Made by a program: the position numbers and the translations under genes | Source: Octopus vulgaris | Lineage: Eukaryota | Assembly (NCBI GenBank): GCA_951406725.2 | Contig: OX597840.1 | Span: 12,152,001-12,216,000, forward strand | Length of the DNA stretch: 64,000 nt | Reading direction: 5' to 3' | The notes under the pieces: generated by a model | What the model was told of the DNA's origin: nothing | Database searches by the model: none | Seen by the model: the letters and a program-made list of their open reading frames with translations, nothing else | Shown here: positions 51,226-64,000 of the stretch, piece by piece | Layout of the letters: each line of letters starts with the position of its first letter | Numbering within the stretch: the stretch's first letter is position 1

Positions 51226-51523
51226 GTGTAGAGAGATGTCCCTTTTGAGGCAGATATCAACAAAGCACTCAGTTTTAAATGAATCTGGTTAACAATATCC
51301 AACAATCAGAGACCAATAAATGCAAGTAGAATATGCATCCAAGGTAATCCTTTATGTATGATGAGTAGATCCAAAACTCATTTAGAGGAATTCTAAGAAA
51401 TTCAGAGTAATAGACAACAAGAATACGGCTAGAGAAAATCGTGTAAATGTAGAATTCACCATGCAAAGCTGATGATAGTTTCTGTTGTATTAACAGAAGA
51501 TGTCATTGAAATTTATATTTCCT

Positions 51524-52690
51524 TGGGTCATCCCATAAATCATGTGGTCTTTTTATACATCTTTTATTTTTCAAAGCTAAGATAAAAAAAGGTATTTTTT
51601 TAATCTAAAATATATTCTTTTTCGTTTTGCAAGATTCTTGATGTGAAACCGTGTATTGAAACAGATATTGTTGCATTTGGGGATGGTCATGTTGACAGTT
51701 TAGCCAATAAAAACACATGCACTATATATTTGGCGTTAATTTGCTTCAGCTTTATTTATTTTTACGTTAATCGTTAGTAAGGAGAGACACACAAATAAGA
51801 AAGAAGAAAGCAAAGGACCACTGATGAGGTCACAGAAGTGTGATGAAGAACTCTGGCCAAAATACAATTAACGTAAAAATAAATAAAGCTGAAGCAAATT
51901 AACACCAAATATATAGTGTGTGTGTTTTATTGGGTAAACTGACAACATGACCATCCCCAAATACAACAATATTCTCCTTCATTTTCTACAATGCTCTTCC
52001 ATCTCTCTGGTAGACTTGCAAAGCATCTCTAACAAAATTCACTTGTCCATGACGAAAAATACTCCTCCAGTATTGTTCTGACCATGTCTACAGAATTCAT
52101 ATTTTTCTATCCAAATGATTCTGAAGCCTGTGGAATAAATGATAATCAGATGAGGCAATATCTGGCGAATATGGTGGGTGGGGCATCATTTTCCATTCAA
52201 ACTGCTCTAGCGTTTGGAATGCCATCCTTGCTGTATGTAGCTGAGCATTATCCTGATAGAAGAACGCCATTTGTCTTGAAACCAAAAAAATGGTCATTTT
52301 CCAATGACATACAAGTACCAATGACTGGTTGAATGACCAAATTCCTCAACACTTACAATGGGATTTTGTTGCACCAGGGTTTGCAGGACATCCTCGTCGA
52401 GCTCTACAGATCTTCCAAGAGGAGGCAAATCTTCTAGGCTGTAGTTTCCGGCTCAGAATTTCTGGAACCACCATTGACACTGGCTTATGCTTATTGTCCG
52501 ATCCCCATACACTGCATTAATATCCCTCACACTTTCCATTGTGTTGTTGCCTTTATTGAACTCATAAAGCAAAATATGCTTCTTTGTCACTTCCATTATA
52601 GCTTTGAAAAAATAACTGATAAAATCGAACTGCACCTTTCAAAACTTGCACTAAGAATAAGAACAAGGTAAAATTAGTACATGCTTTTAT
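51524..52690 (-). mobile_element. Mariner transposase pseudogene with inserted palindromic repeat (~51660-51973)
   Basis: HILLYEFNKG...INAVYG...QWWFQKF helix-turn-helix; QDNA.LH; PHPPYSPDIASSDYHLF. Confidence 0.85.
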
Positions 52691-54364
52691 AGTAAATATA
52701 TATATATATATGTATGTGTGTGTATACGTTTGTGTGTCTGTGTTTGTCCCCCCAACATTGCTTAACAACCAATGCTGGTGTGTTTACGTCCCCGTAACTT
52801 AGCGGTTTGGCAAAAGAGACTGATAGGATAAGTATTAGGCTTCCAAAGAATAAGTCCTTGGGTCGATTTGCTCGACTAAAGGTGGTGCTCCAGCATGGTC
52901 ACAGTCAAATGACTGAAACAAGTAAAAGAGTAATGAGTATTGTTTTGAATTAATCGTCCATTATCTCGTAGTCTTGAGATTTCAATGAGGTGGTCATTTA
53001 TTTCTCAAATAACATTGTAGGGTAGGAGGGAGAGGCCAGACCTGGCCAGCTTGAACATAAAACAGATAAAATATTTGGGCCGGATGTGGCCAGTTTAAAT
53101 GCTAAAGGGTTTAAGATGATGATATCAATCATCATCATCGTTTAACGTCCGCTTTCCATGCTAGCGTGGGTTGGACGATTTGACTGAGGTCTGGCGAACC
53201 AGATGGCTGCACCAGACTCCAATCTTATCTGGCAGAGTTTCTACAGCTGGATGCCCTTTCTAATGCCAACCACTCCAAGAGTGTAGTGGGTGCTTTTACG
53301 TGCCACCAGCACGAGGGCCAGTCAGGTGCTTTTTATGTGCCACCTGCACAGGAGCCAGTCCAGCGGCACTGGCAACGACCTCGCTCGAATGATTTTTCAC
53401 GTGCCACCAGCACAAGTGCCAGTAAGGTGACATGGGTAACGATCACGCTCGAATGCTGTTTTGTATGTGCCATTGGTACGGAGGCCAGCTTGTTGCTCTA
53501 GCAGCAATCACGCTTGTATGGTACTCTTAGCGCTCCACTAGCACGGATGCCAGTCATCGAATTTGATTTCGATTTTGATATATTTTATATATATTTAATG
53601 ATGAATTAACTAGTTACAGTTGTTGGGAGGGGCACACAAGACCAGTTTATTGTGAGAAGAATGGATGGTGGTAATGTTGTATGAGTAAATATCATCAAAG
53701 CATTATGCAACATCATTTTTTTTGCTTAGTCTTGCCTCACATGGTGGGTGGCAAATATACTGCAACCTTTCAGTAATTATGTAGGTTGGTACCATTAATA
53801 AAGCAACTGGTTTAACTATTTCCAGAGTCCAGTTTAATTTTATCGTCAAATCAGAATACCTAAGCAAGTGTACCCCACCCAGACATTTGTTTCTATATAA
53901 CTTTCAAAGGCTATATTTTAAAGAAATTTTCTACAAATAGATGCAGGTGTGGCTGTGTGGTAAGAAGCTTGCTTCCCAACTACATGGTTCTGGGTTCAAT
54001 CCCACTGTGTGGCACCTTGAGCAAGTGTTCTACTTTAGCCTTGGGCCGACCAAAGCCTTGTGAGTTGATTTCATAGATAGAAACTGAAACAAGCCTGTCA
54101 TATATATACAGAGTAACAAAGATGTAGTAAAAATTCCTCATTGCGCCCCACCCCTACAAGTTCAAATATGCTTGTGGCACGGGTTCGAATCCGTGTCACA
54201 GCATATTTGAACTGGTAACAACACTGTATTTATACACGTCACTACTTAGCGCTCCCACAATGAAATAAAATTATGGGATATATGCCAGTATGTAATCTTT
54301 TACACATTAAATTCCGATATAATCGTAATGTACATCATCTGAGAGGTAAATTGTAAAAACACTT

Positions 54365-55032
54365 GGCATTCTTTCGATATAAGTCGACAAAATCAAAACA
54401 CTTCACTTCGGGTATTTCCGTGGAAGCAAATGACAGTTTGATTCTGTTGTCTGCTTGGAAATTTGCGGATTTTACATACACACCTGAAACAGGTAAGAAC
54501 AAATATGCAAGGCTTGGCAATCTTTCGTCTCTAGTAGACCTTTCCGTCGATTTCCGTAAAAAATTTTTTTTTTTTACATATGGGCTTGCGGGAACTTTTG
54601 AAGTAATGGGAGCGAAAGAGACTAAGAGGAAGCGATTGTATGACGAGGGAAGTTCTTTTGAAGTTACCGCAAATGATGTACATGTGTGTGTGTGTGTGTT
54701 TGATGGGGTGTGGGAGACAGACAGTATGTTGTGTAAGTGAAGTGCTTCTGTTCGTGTGTGTGAAGAGACAGAGTAATGTATGAAAGAAAGAGATAACTGA
54801 AATTTTTTACTCGGTGTATGTGTATATGTATGTATGGCATAACGTTAATCGACGGAAAGGTCTACTAGAGACGAAAGATCGCCCAAGGCTTTGTTTCTTC
54901 AAGTTTAAAACGAGACATTTCGTTATATCTATATCTATGCTGGCATAATTTCGTTATATCTATACTCCACAAACCACGGAAATACCCGAAGTGAAATGTC
55001 TCGACCTTGTCGAGTTATATCGAAGGAATGCC
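54365..55032 (+). mobile_element. MITE family 1 copy with nested Merlin-like MITE family 2 (54516-54883)
   Basis: Inner TIRs GGCAATCTTTCGTCTCTAGTAGACC; 8-bp TSD CAAGGCTT, present once in the empty copy at ~34787. Confidence 0.88.
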
Positions 55033-55571
55033 AAAAATTTCATTTAAAAAAATATCAATTTTTCTGGAGGTTATAAGGAAAACAAATCGGTGGCGGTTGG
55101 AGACATGTGGAAGTTATGGCGTTGGTTTTTGCCGAGTTCGTCCTTTCAAATTCTAAGTATTAATATAGAAAGATTACCCAAACAGATATACGTAAAATAA
55201 CCCCGTATACAATAAATATGTTTATATAAATGTAGTACTTACATCTGTAGAGAGAGATTCAACGCAGAAAATGGGACAATAAGTTGAAGTTGGCAGAACT
55301 TACATCAGAATGGACAATGACAGTTTCAAAAGAGTCAACAAACGTTGGTTTATGTTCTTCAGTTCAACATAATAAAGAATGCTGAACCTATTATTCTACA
55401 CTGTTAATTACGAATCATTTAAATTTAACTGGATCCTATTAAATGTCAGTTGTAAAGTGGAACTGATCAATTAATACAGATGTGTATGAAGCAAAAGCAG
55501 GCAATAACAGGATTAATTGAGAAAATTTAGCAATTAGCGGACAGGGGAAATAACTCTACTTTGAAACTTAA

Positions 55572-56697
55572 CCTTAAACGGCAGAAATGTCAAATAGGCG
55601 AAAAAATATATCTTTTTCTTAATGGTAATTCTTTCAATATTTATTTTCTCTTTAAACAAATACAAAAACCTATTGTTAGTCTCGGCAATCTTTCGTCTCT
55701 AGTAGACCTTTCCGTCGATTTCCGTAAAAAAATATTTTTTTTACATATGGGCTTGCGGGAACTTTTGAAGTAATATACATACATATACACATACACCGAG
55801 TAAAAAATTTCAGTTATCTCTTTCTTTCACACATTACTCTGTATCTTCACACACACTAACAGAAGCACTTCACTTACACAACATACTGTCTGTCTCCCAC
55901 ACCCCATCAAACACACACATGTACATCAATGCTTCCCATGCACGGTAACTTCAAAAGAACTTCCCTCGTCATAAAATCGCTTTCTCTTAGTCTCTTTCGC
56001 TCTCATTACTTCAAAAGTTCCCGCAAGCCCATATGTAAAAAAAAAATTTTTTTTACGGAAATCGACGGAAAGGTCTACTAGAGACGAAAGATTGCCAAAC
56101 CTATTGTTAGTCTCTCGCACCATAAAATTTACAATGTCATTATCCAAAAGTGTCGTAAAATATTCATTTTGCATCCAGCAGGAGCATAACTTCGTTTGAG
56201 ATTCCCACGTATTGCTGTTGTCAAAGCAATGTACAAATGAAGAAAAAACCGGGACAGTTTTTCTATCCAGAATTAGTCGAAGCATCACATTTTTCTATGC
56301 CATCTAGAACGTCACCATCACCATCATCAAACCCATAAAAAAAATTTTGCTGTATAAATCTCGAATTTGTGATTTTATTTTGTCAGATGCAGCACAGGAT
56401 TTTGTCAGTGAACAGGTCGCGGTCTCAAAGCAACGAAAATATTTTGGCAAATTAAATTTAAATGTTGAAGTGAATTTGTGTGTTTCTTAAATGGCTTATA
56501 AACACCTTCCACGCTGCGATTTTATCTCTCTCTTTGATAAGAGCCATTTTCGTTTACTTAAAGGGTCACTTTAACGAAGTAGACACACGGACATCAGTTA
56601 TTGATGGCCGTACAATTTAGAAATTTTTGAAACATAAATTGATGATGTCTGCTGTTCTCTAATGAAACATAAATTGATGATGTCCTCTATTTAAGGG
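55572..56697 (-). mobile_element. piggyBac-like deletion derivative
   Basis: TTAA|CCTTAAA ... TTTAAGGG|TTAA ends; EYFTTLLDNDIVNFMVRETN resembles piggyBac transposase N-terminal motif. Confidence 0.55.
55684..56096 (-). mobile_element. Rearranged MITE family 2 copy with two left ends, flanked by an 18-bp direct repeat
   Basis: AAACCTATTGTTAGTCTC at 55666-55683 and 56097-56114. Confidence 0.85.
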
Positions 56698-57275
56698 TTA
56701 AATATACCCTAGTACACTTTATATAGTTCAGGGCCTAACTCTTTTACTTGGTTCAGTCCTTTAACTGCAGCCATGCTGGAGCACCACCTTTAGTCGAGCA
56801 AATCGAACCCAGAGCTTATTCTTTGTAAGCTTAGTACTTATTCTATTGGTCTTTTTTGCCGAACTGCTAAGTTACGGGGACGTAAACACACCAGCATCGG
56901 TTGTCAAGTGATGTTGGGGGGACACAAACACAGACACACAAACATATACACACACATACATATATATATATATATAGATATACGACAGGCTTCTTTCAGT
57001 TTCCGTCTACCAAATCCACTCACAAGGCATTGGTCGGCCCGAGACTACAGTAGAAGACACTTGCCCAAGGTGCTATGCAGTGGGACTGAACCCGGAACCA
57101 TGTGGTTGGTAAGCAAGCTACTTACCACACACCCACTCCTTTGCCTATACTGTATATTTTTTCTATTATTTTTATAATTTGTATATATTTATTTTATTAT
57201 AAATGCAAAACAACACCACAGAGGAATCAATGTAAACTTAAATAATAAATCACAATAGGTGAACCATGGTGAACC

Positions 57276-57321
<46 letters not shown>

Positions 57322-57328
<7 letters not shown>

Positions 57329-57555
57329 CAAAATAAGAAAATGGAGAAACACATCTTAATCAATAATCAACTACCAGATAATACCCAATCACATAATTTA
57401 TTAACCCACTATATATGAACATTAAGGTTGTTCTATATTATTATGTTTGACCTTGATGTTCATATGTAGTTGGTTAATAAATTATGTGATTGGGTATTAT
57501 CTGGTAGTTGATTATTGATTAAGATGTGTTTCTCCATTTTCTTATTTTGTATTAT
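57322..57555. repeat. Near-perfect AT-rich palindrome (~105-bp arms) next to (TA)n
   Basis: 57322-57428 is the reverse complement of 57450-57555. Confidence 0.85.
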
Positions 57556-57721
57556 TAATTTGTGGTAAAACATTTTACCTTTGCCCATATAATACAGTAA
57601 ATGAATTAATTGCATCGCAATTCTTAATATTTATGTATTAACCTTGTTGGGTGCTTTACTGGCAGTATATTGGATATATGTTATCCCATGGTGGGTTGCA
57701 CTTACAACCCCTATCTCAATT

Positions 57722-57759
<38 letters not shown>

Positions 57760-57765
<6 letters not shown>

Positions 57766-58140
57766 AAGGGAGACGTTGGGATATAAAAGGGAAAAAATGG
57801 AGCTACAGTGAGAGGGGCATAATGGAGAGACAAAGAGAAGCAGAGAGAGAGAGAGAGTGAGTGAGATGGGGGGGTGAAGAGGGGAAGAGACTGATGGGGA
57901 GACGAAGAAGGAGATGGGGAGACAAAGAGGGGAAGAGAGAGAGATGGAGAGACAAAGAGGGGGAGAGAGAGAGAGATGGGGAGACAAAGATGGGAAGAGA
58001 GAGGATGAGAAAGAGGAGAAAAAGTGAAAGAGATGGGAAGACAAAGAGAGGAAGGGAGAGAGATGGAGAGACAAAGAGGGGAAGAGAGAGGAGAAAGAGA
58101 TAGAGAGGAGAAAAGAGAGAGAGAGAGAAAGCACTTGGGG
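57760..58140. repeat. Polypurine (GA-rich) degenerate tandem repeat
   Basis: Repeated gagatggggagacaaagaggg units. Confidence 0.9.
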
Positions 58141-58399
58141 AGACGATTCTCTCATAATGGTGTGTGTTAAAACACCTGGAAGTCATAGACAGGTGAGATG
58201 ACACACCTCCAACCGAGTTTGGTAGGGATGAATGGGATGTAGCAGACGAGAGAGAGAAATATTTTCAGGTGTTTTAACAACCAGTGCCATGAGGGAGTTG
58301 TCCCCACCCCCAAATGCTAAACCACAGCCAACTGGCAAACAAACAAAACACATTGAGCATTTGTGATTCACAATGTTTACAACACTACAACTGCTTTTC

Positions 58400-59350
58400 A
58401 TTTCTTATTGAAACAATGCATTCTCCATTAACTTTCACATAATTCCATTGTCTCTCTTGTGTCCCTAGTTTGCACAGGGTACACAGTATAGAATTTCTGC
58501 CTACACCTTTCCTGCATATTGAGAAGGGCCATTTTTCTGATGGGGGTAGAATCCTACATATTTTTTCCTGCTTTCTAGATCTTCGGTTTTTCCTATGTTA
58601 ACTTTAAGCCCTTTGAATTCAGGTTTTGCATCCACACCTGGAATTTCTTTTCTAATTCTGTCACAGATTCTGCTATGAGAACATGATCATATGTCCTGGA
58701 GTAGCTGGTCTTAAATTCTTTTGCAATGACCTAGAGCAGTGGTTCCCAAAGTTTTTCGGGCTGCTGACCCCTTGACACCCAGGCCACATTCCTAGTGCTC
58801 ACACCCCAACTAACCATCACAAACATAGACCCCTTGACACCTAGGCCACATTCCTAGTGCTCACACCCCAACTAACCATCACAAACATAGACCCCTTTCT
58901 GTATCAAATCCAAAGCAACATTATTTCACAAATAAAAGCTAACCTAAAGAACCCATTATTTTGTTTTTACATAAACCACCACCCCACTTTTTACACGAAC
59001 TGCTACCCCATTATTACCCACTTTTCTTCAACGCCCTCTTGGAAATTACCATCTCCCCCAGGGGTGCCAATGAGAACCAAGCCCTGATGAACTCCTTGAA
59101 CACTGAATTCATCACTGTACTCATAGCTGACCCTTATCCTACTGACAGTACTCCTGTTCAGGCCTTGTACAGCTCTAACAAGCAATTTGTCTATTAACCT
59201 CCTTAGAGTCTATCAGATAACAGAGCAAAGGATTCTGTTGAAGGCTTTCTTGAGGTCAATGAATGCTAAGTGCAATTTTTAAAAACTTTTAGCTTGATAC
59301 TTCTGCCGCTGTCTCACTAGGAACACTCCTCCCTGTAACAAAACCAAACT
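58400..59350 (-). mobile_element. Decayed RTE-like RT remnant with hAT-MITE-like insertion (from 58737, ~53-bp tandem repeat 58767-58895)
   Basis: YSDEFSVQGVHQG, AFIDLKKAF; CAGTGGTTCCCAAA terminus. Confidence 0.55.
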
Positions 59351-60119
59351 ACATTTCAACTAGTCGAATTCCATTTTGAATGAAATGATTTGTGTTGGGT
59401 ATCAAAATGCTTTTCAATGATCTGTGAACACTGTAAAAGCTGTGAGATGTGACGTGGACAGCAGCAATGGAGGATATGAAATCGAGCACAAGCAGGGCCA
59501 CAGTGGGTATTCTGACAGTAATGCATGTGGGAATTCATCCCCACATCTTTGAACAGGGCCTTAGGCTCAATTCAGATTTTTTAGGTGAAGCTGCTGGAGA
59601 CTGATGAATCCCTGGCAGGAGAGGGTTGCAGCTAGGCCATATGTGTGGTGGAAGGATTTAGTTCCTTGCCATATAGGCGTAGGAGTGGCTGTGTGGTAAG
59701 TAGCTTGCTAACCAACCACATGGTCCCAGGTTCAGTCCCACTGCGTGGCATCTTGGGCAAGTGTCTTCTGCTATAGCCCCGGGCCGACCAATGCCTTGTG
59801 AGTGGATTTGGTAGACGGAAACTGAAAGAAGCCTGTCGTATATATGTATATATATATATGTATGTGTGTGTTTGTGTGTCTGCTGTGTTTGTTCCCCTAG
59901 CATTGCTTGACAACCGATGCTGGTGTGTTTACGTCCCCGTCACTTAGCGGTTCGGCAAAAGAGACCGATAGAATAAGTACTGGGCTTACAAAGAATAAGT
60001 CCCGGGGTCGATTTGCTCGACTAAAGGCGGTGCTCCAGCATGGCCGCAGTTAAAATGACTGAAACAAGTAAAAGAGTAAAGAGTATATCTTTGGGAAAGA
60101 GTCAGAAGAGGTTCTCAGA

Positions 60120-60385
60120 GAATTTCTTCCCCTTCACCAGTCCCCAATTTCTGGCTTCCTAAATCCCATTTGATTGTAACCTGATGAGTTACCATGTGTG
60201 GGTTGCAGTTGAGAAAGAAACCAACTGCTCTGCTTGCAACAGCAAGGCCGAACTGGTGGCCAAGACCAAGAAGGTGTTCAAAGAGCTTCTCAGGGACACA
60301 TTGAGGATTGCATGTGCTGGGTTCTGGAACCATCTTGAAGCCATGGTAGAAGCTGAGGTTGTCCACTTAAGTAAACTGTTACCTC
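60120..60385 (+). mobile_element. Tc1/mariner transposase C-terminal remnant
   Basis: YHVWVAVEKETN...KAELVAK...IACAGFWNHLEAMVEA. Confidence 0.65.
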
Positions 60386-60579
60386 CCAGCCATAATCTAG
60401 TTGATTTTTTAAACTTTTAAAATACATTTGATTTTTGCATAGTATATTGTGTTTTCAAGTTTATGTATTTGTTTGTTGCAAGATTCTTGATGGGAATTGT
60501 GTGTTGAAACAGATATTGTTGTCCTCGGGGATGGTCATATTTTGCCAATTAAATATAGGCACTATATATACTTGGTCTT

Positions 60580-61175
60580 AAGCTTTAACCAAATCAGAAC
60601 CAAAATCGAAGTCGATCAACATCAATGGAAATTGCAGCTGTGATATCAGTGCGGGTGGCACGTAAGCGAACCATCCGATCGTGGCCGTTGCCAGTGCCGC
60701 CCCGACTGGCCTCCATGCCGGTGGCGCGTAAAAAGCACCTTCCGGTCGTGGCCGTTGCCAGCCTCGCCTGGCCCCCATGCCGGTGGCATGTAGCACCATC
60801 CGTTCGTGGCCGTTGCCGGCCTTGCCTGGCCCCCAAAAGCACCATCCGTTCATGGCCGTTGCCAGCCTTGCCCGGCCCCCCGTGCCGGTGGCACGTAAAA
60901 AGCACCGTCCGATCGTGGCCGTTGCCAGCCTCACGTGGCCCCCGTGCCGGTGGCACGTAAAAAGCACCATCCGACCATGGCCGTTTGCCAGCCCCGTCTG
61001 GCACGTAAAAAGCACCCACTACAACTCACGGAGTGGTTGGCGTTAGGAAGGGCATCCAGCTGTAGAAACATTGCCAGATAAGACTGGAGCCTGGTGCAGC
61101 CTTCTGGCTTCCCAGACCCCAGTTGAACCATCCAACCCATGCCAACATGGAAAGCAGATACTAAATGATGATGAT
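60580..61175 (+). mobile_element. (GAT)n-tailed RTE-related retroposon with internal GC-rich ~55-60-bp tandem repeats (60650-61015). Other copies: 2362-2550-, 32165-32390+, 37985-38230-, 50885-51135-, 53128-53580-
   Basis: Repeated gtggcacgtaaaaagcaccatccgatcgtggccgttgccagcc; shared 3' end ggttggcgttaggaagggcatccagc; the 37985 copy is contiguous with the RTE LINE. Confidence 0.8.
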
Positions 61176-64000
61176 AGTGAGCTGGCATAATCGTTAGCAC
61201 GCTGGATGAAATGCTTAGCCATCGCTACATTCTGAGTTCAAATTCCACAGAGGTCAACTTTGTCTTTCATCCTTTCAGGATCGATAAATTAAGTACCAGT
61301 TATGCATTGGGATCAATGCAATCGACTATCCCCCTCCTCCAAATTTCAGGTCCTGTACCCATAATAGAAAGAATTATTATTTTAGTGTTCTTTTTCTGAA
61401 GTCTTTTGTCACACATCCTGTGACCTCTTCAGCAACTCTCCAACCCACGTGTTGCCTCTTGTTCCATCTAGTCCATTCCGTCTTTCTGAGAAGAGACATA
61501 TAGAATGGAGAATTGCTGAAGAGGTCACAAGATGTGTGACAAAAGATTTCAGGCAAAGGACACAAAACAAAAAACAATAACAAAGCTGAAATGAAGAACG
61601 AATACATAGTGTATGTGGTTAATTGACAATGATTTGTGTTGGGTCGATAAATTAAGTACCAGTTGTGTACTGGGGTCAATGTAATTCACTAGTCCCTGTC
61701 CCCAAAATTTCAGGTTTTGAGTAGAAAAGAAATGTTAGCATGCTGCCGCTGAGGTCAACTTTGCCTTTCATCCTTTTGGGGTCGATAAACTAAGTACTCT
61801 TGGGCTTTCTTTTCCTTTTATGCAAACTGTTGGATTTCACCTGAACATCCTGTAAACCAGCAATGAATTGAAAATATCAAAACATTCACCTCTTTTACTT
61901 GTTTCAGTCATTTGACTGTGACCATGTTGGAGCACCACCTTTAGTTGAAGAAATCGACCCCAGGACTTATTCTTTGTAAGCCTAGAACTTATTCTATTGG
62001 TCTCTTTTGCCGAACTGCTAAGTTACGGGGACGTAAACACACCGGCATCGGTTGTCAAGCGATGTTGGGGGACAAACACAGACACACACACATACATATA
62101 TATGAGTGTGTGTGTGTGTATATGCATATATACGATGGGCTTCTTTCAGTTTCCGTCTACCAAATCCACTCAAAGGGATTTGGTCAGCTCGAAGCTATAG
62201 TAGAAGACACTTGCCCAAGGTGCTACGCAATGGGACTGAACCCAGAACCATGTGGTTGGTAAGCAAGCTGCTTACCACACAGCCACTCCTGCGCCTATCT
62301 ACTAAATTCTGCAAAATCAAGGAAGCAATCTGATCAGTAATTAAAAAACTAAAACAAGCCAAACTATAACGATGCTCTACCTCTCTCAAGCAAATAATTA
62401 TTTGAGATGCATTTAGTTATGGTGCTTTCAGTGATAAACCAATTTTGGAAAATGGTAATTTTACTGTTCAGGAAATTACATCCAATAAATAATATAAGAC
62501 TTCAAATTTTATAGGAATTTTATAAAATTACATTTCCATTTACGTATAAATGCAAATATTGTGTCACAAATTTCAGTGATTTTTACATGAATTTCACAAA
62601 AATTTCTTCTTTTTTACTTCTATTTATTGAGAATGTTTTTAACAAATCATCTCAATGATGTTTTCGTCTTGTGTATAATAGTTTATGTCTAACAACAAGG
62701 TTTTTGAATGAGAATAATTTTCCATGAATTGCACATTTATAAGGTTTTACCTGTGTTTTTTCCCCAATTGATATTAATGAGACAATGATGGCAGTGAGTT
62801 GGCAGAGTCATTAGAGTGTCAGACAAACTGTTGCTAAGCATTTCGTCTGACTCTTTGTTCTGAGTTCAAATCTCACCAAGGTCTACTTTGCCTTTTTTCC
62901 TTTCGGGATCGATAAAATAAGTACCAGTGAAGTACTGGGGTTGATATAATTGACTAAACCCCTCCCTAAAATTGCAGGCCTTGCACCATTTAGAATTGTG
63001 AACTGGCAGAATCGTTATAGTGTCGGACAAAATGCTTAGAGGTATTTCTTCCAGCTCTTTACATTCTGAGTTCAAAACCTGCCAAGGGCAACTTTGGTTT
63101 TCATCTTTTGCGAGTTTATAAAATAAAGAATCAGTCAAAAGCCGTTGTCAATGAGATCGATTGGTCATCTCCCACAAAATTTCAGTCCTTGAGCTTACTG
63201 TAGACAAATATGAATGAGATTGTGATAGCTGCTAGCTAGCAGAATTGTTAGCATGCAGCTGCCGAGGTTGACTTAGCCTTTCATCCTTTAGGTGTCGATA
63301 AATTAAGTACCAGTTGTGTACTGGGGTCAATGTAATTGACTAGTCCCCGCCCCCAAAATTTCAGGTTTTGAGTAGAAAAGAATTGTTAGCATGCTGCCGC
63401 TGAGGTCAACTTTGCCTTTCATCCTTTTGGGATCGATAAACTAAGTACCAGTGAAACACTGGGGTCAATGTAATCGACTAGTCCCCGCCCCCCAAATTTC
63501 ATGACTGGTGCCTTGAGTAGAAATGAATTGTTAGCATGCTGGACAAAATGTTTTGTGGTATTTCTTCAGACATTTTATATTCTGAGTTCAAATGTGCTTT
63601 TCATCATTTTGGGGTTGGGGTCGATAAAATATAGTATCAGCCAAGTACTGGGACCCCTTACCTGACCCCTAAAATTGCTGGCCTTGTGCCTAAATACAAG
63701 AGAAAATTATTGATGAGATTGTGTTACAATAAAAAACTTTAATGAGGACTACATTTTTTCCCCTTTTCTTATTACTGTAACCACAAGACTTGAAATTTTA
63801 GGGTACGGGGTTGTCAATTACCTCAACCCCATTGCTTGACTAGTACTAATTTTATTGACCCTGAAAGGATGAGCGGCAAAGTAGACCTTGGTGGAATTTA
63901 AACCCAGAATGTAAAACCGGAAGAAATATCACTAAGTATTATGTTTGGTGCAGTAATAATTGTGTCAGCTTGCCACCTTACCATAATGACAAAGAATGGT

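Noticed and set aside
57631-58204. 174-aa and 133-aa Ser/Leu-rich ORFs
   Set aside because: Translation of a polypurine/polypyrimidine low-complexity repeat
60650-61015. GC-rich repeat array superficially like CRISPR, with overlapping ORFs
   Set aside because: Degenerate tandem units without unique spacers, inside a retroposon; eukaryotic context and no cas genes

Overview
AT-rich, repeat-dense eukaryotic DNA, most likely from an octopus/coleoid cephalopod (inferred from the SINE families and the single-coding-exon, effector-less C2H2 zinc-finger array). The window holds a recently amplified ZNF cluster. Five paralogues of a 6-finger gene are present: A1 3104+, A2 9343+, A3 15888+, A4 25191-, A5 40308+. 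A related 16-finger gene (B, 50184-) shares their splice acceptor. Each A gene travels in a cassette with a CpG-rich ETS/NRF1-like promoter, a putative non-coding first exon, an intron carrying an old CR1 fragment, and a 3' UTR made of dead fingers. Cassettes are arranged as ~6.3-6.5 kb tandem units, an inverted duplication (A4/A5) and two head-to-head foldback palindromes. Several breakpoints fall in the internal (TA)n tract of one SINE family. Paralogue differences concentrate in the finger array, especially the recognition helices, in a mosaic pattern. Between the divergent A4 and A5 promoters lies an intact 710-aa hAT transposase ORF with decayed termini, an altered TRW motif and canonical splice sites on both sides, so it is a domestication candidate. 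The rest is SINEs, RTE/CR1/L1-type/Penelope-like fragments, Tc1/mariner, piggyBac, hAT and Merlin-like MITEs, and microsatellites. All alignments and counts were made by eye, and most repeat boundaries are approximate.
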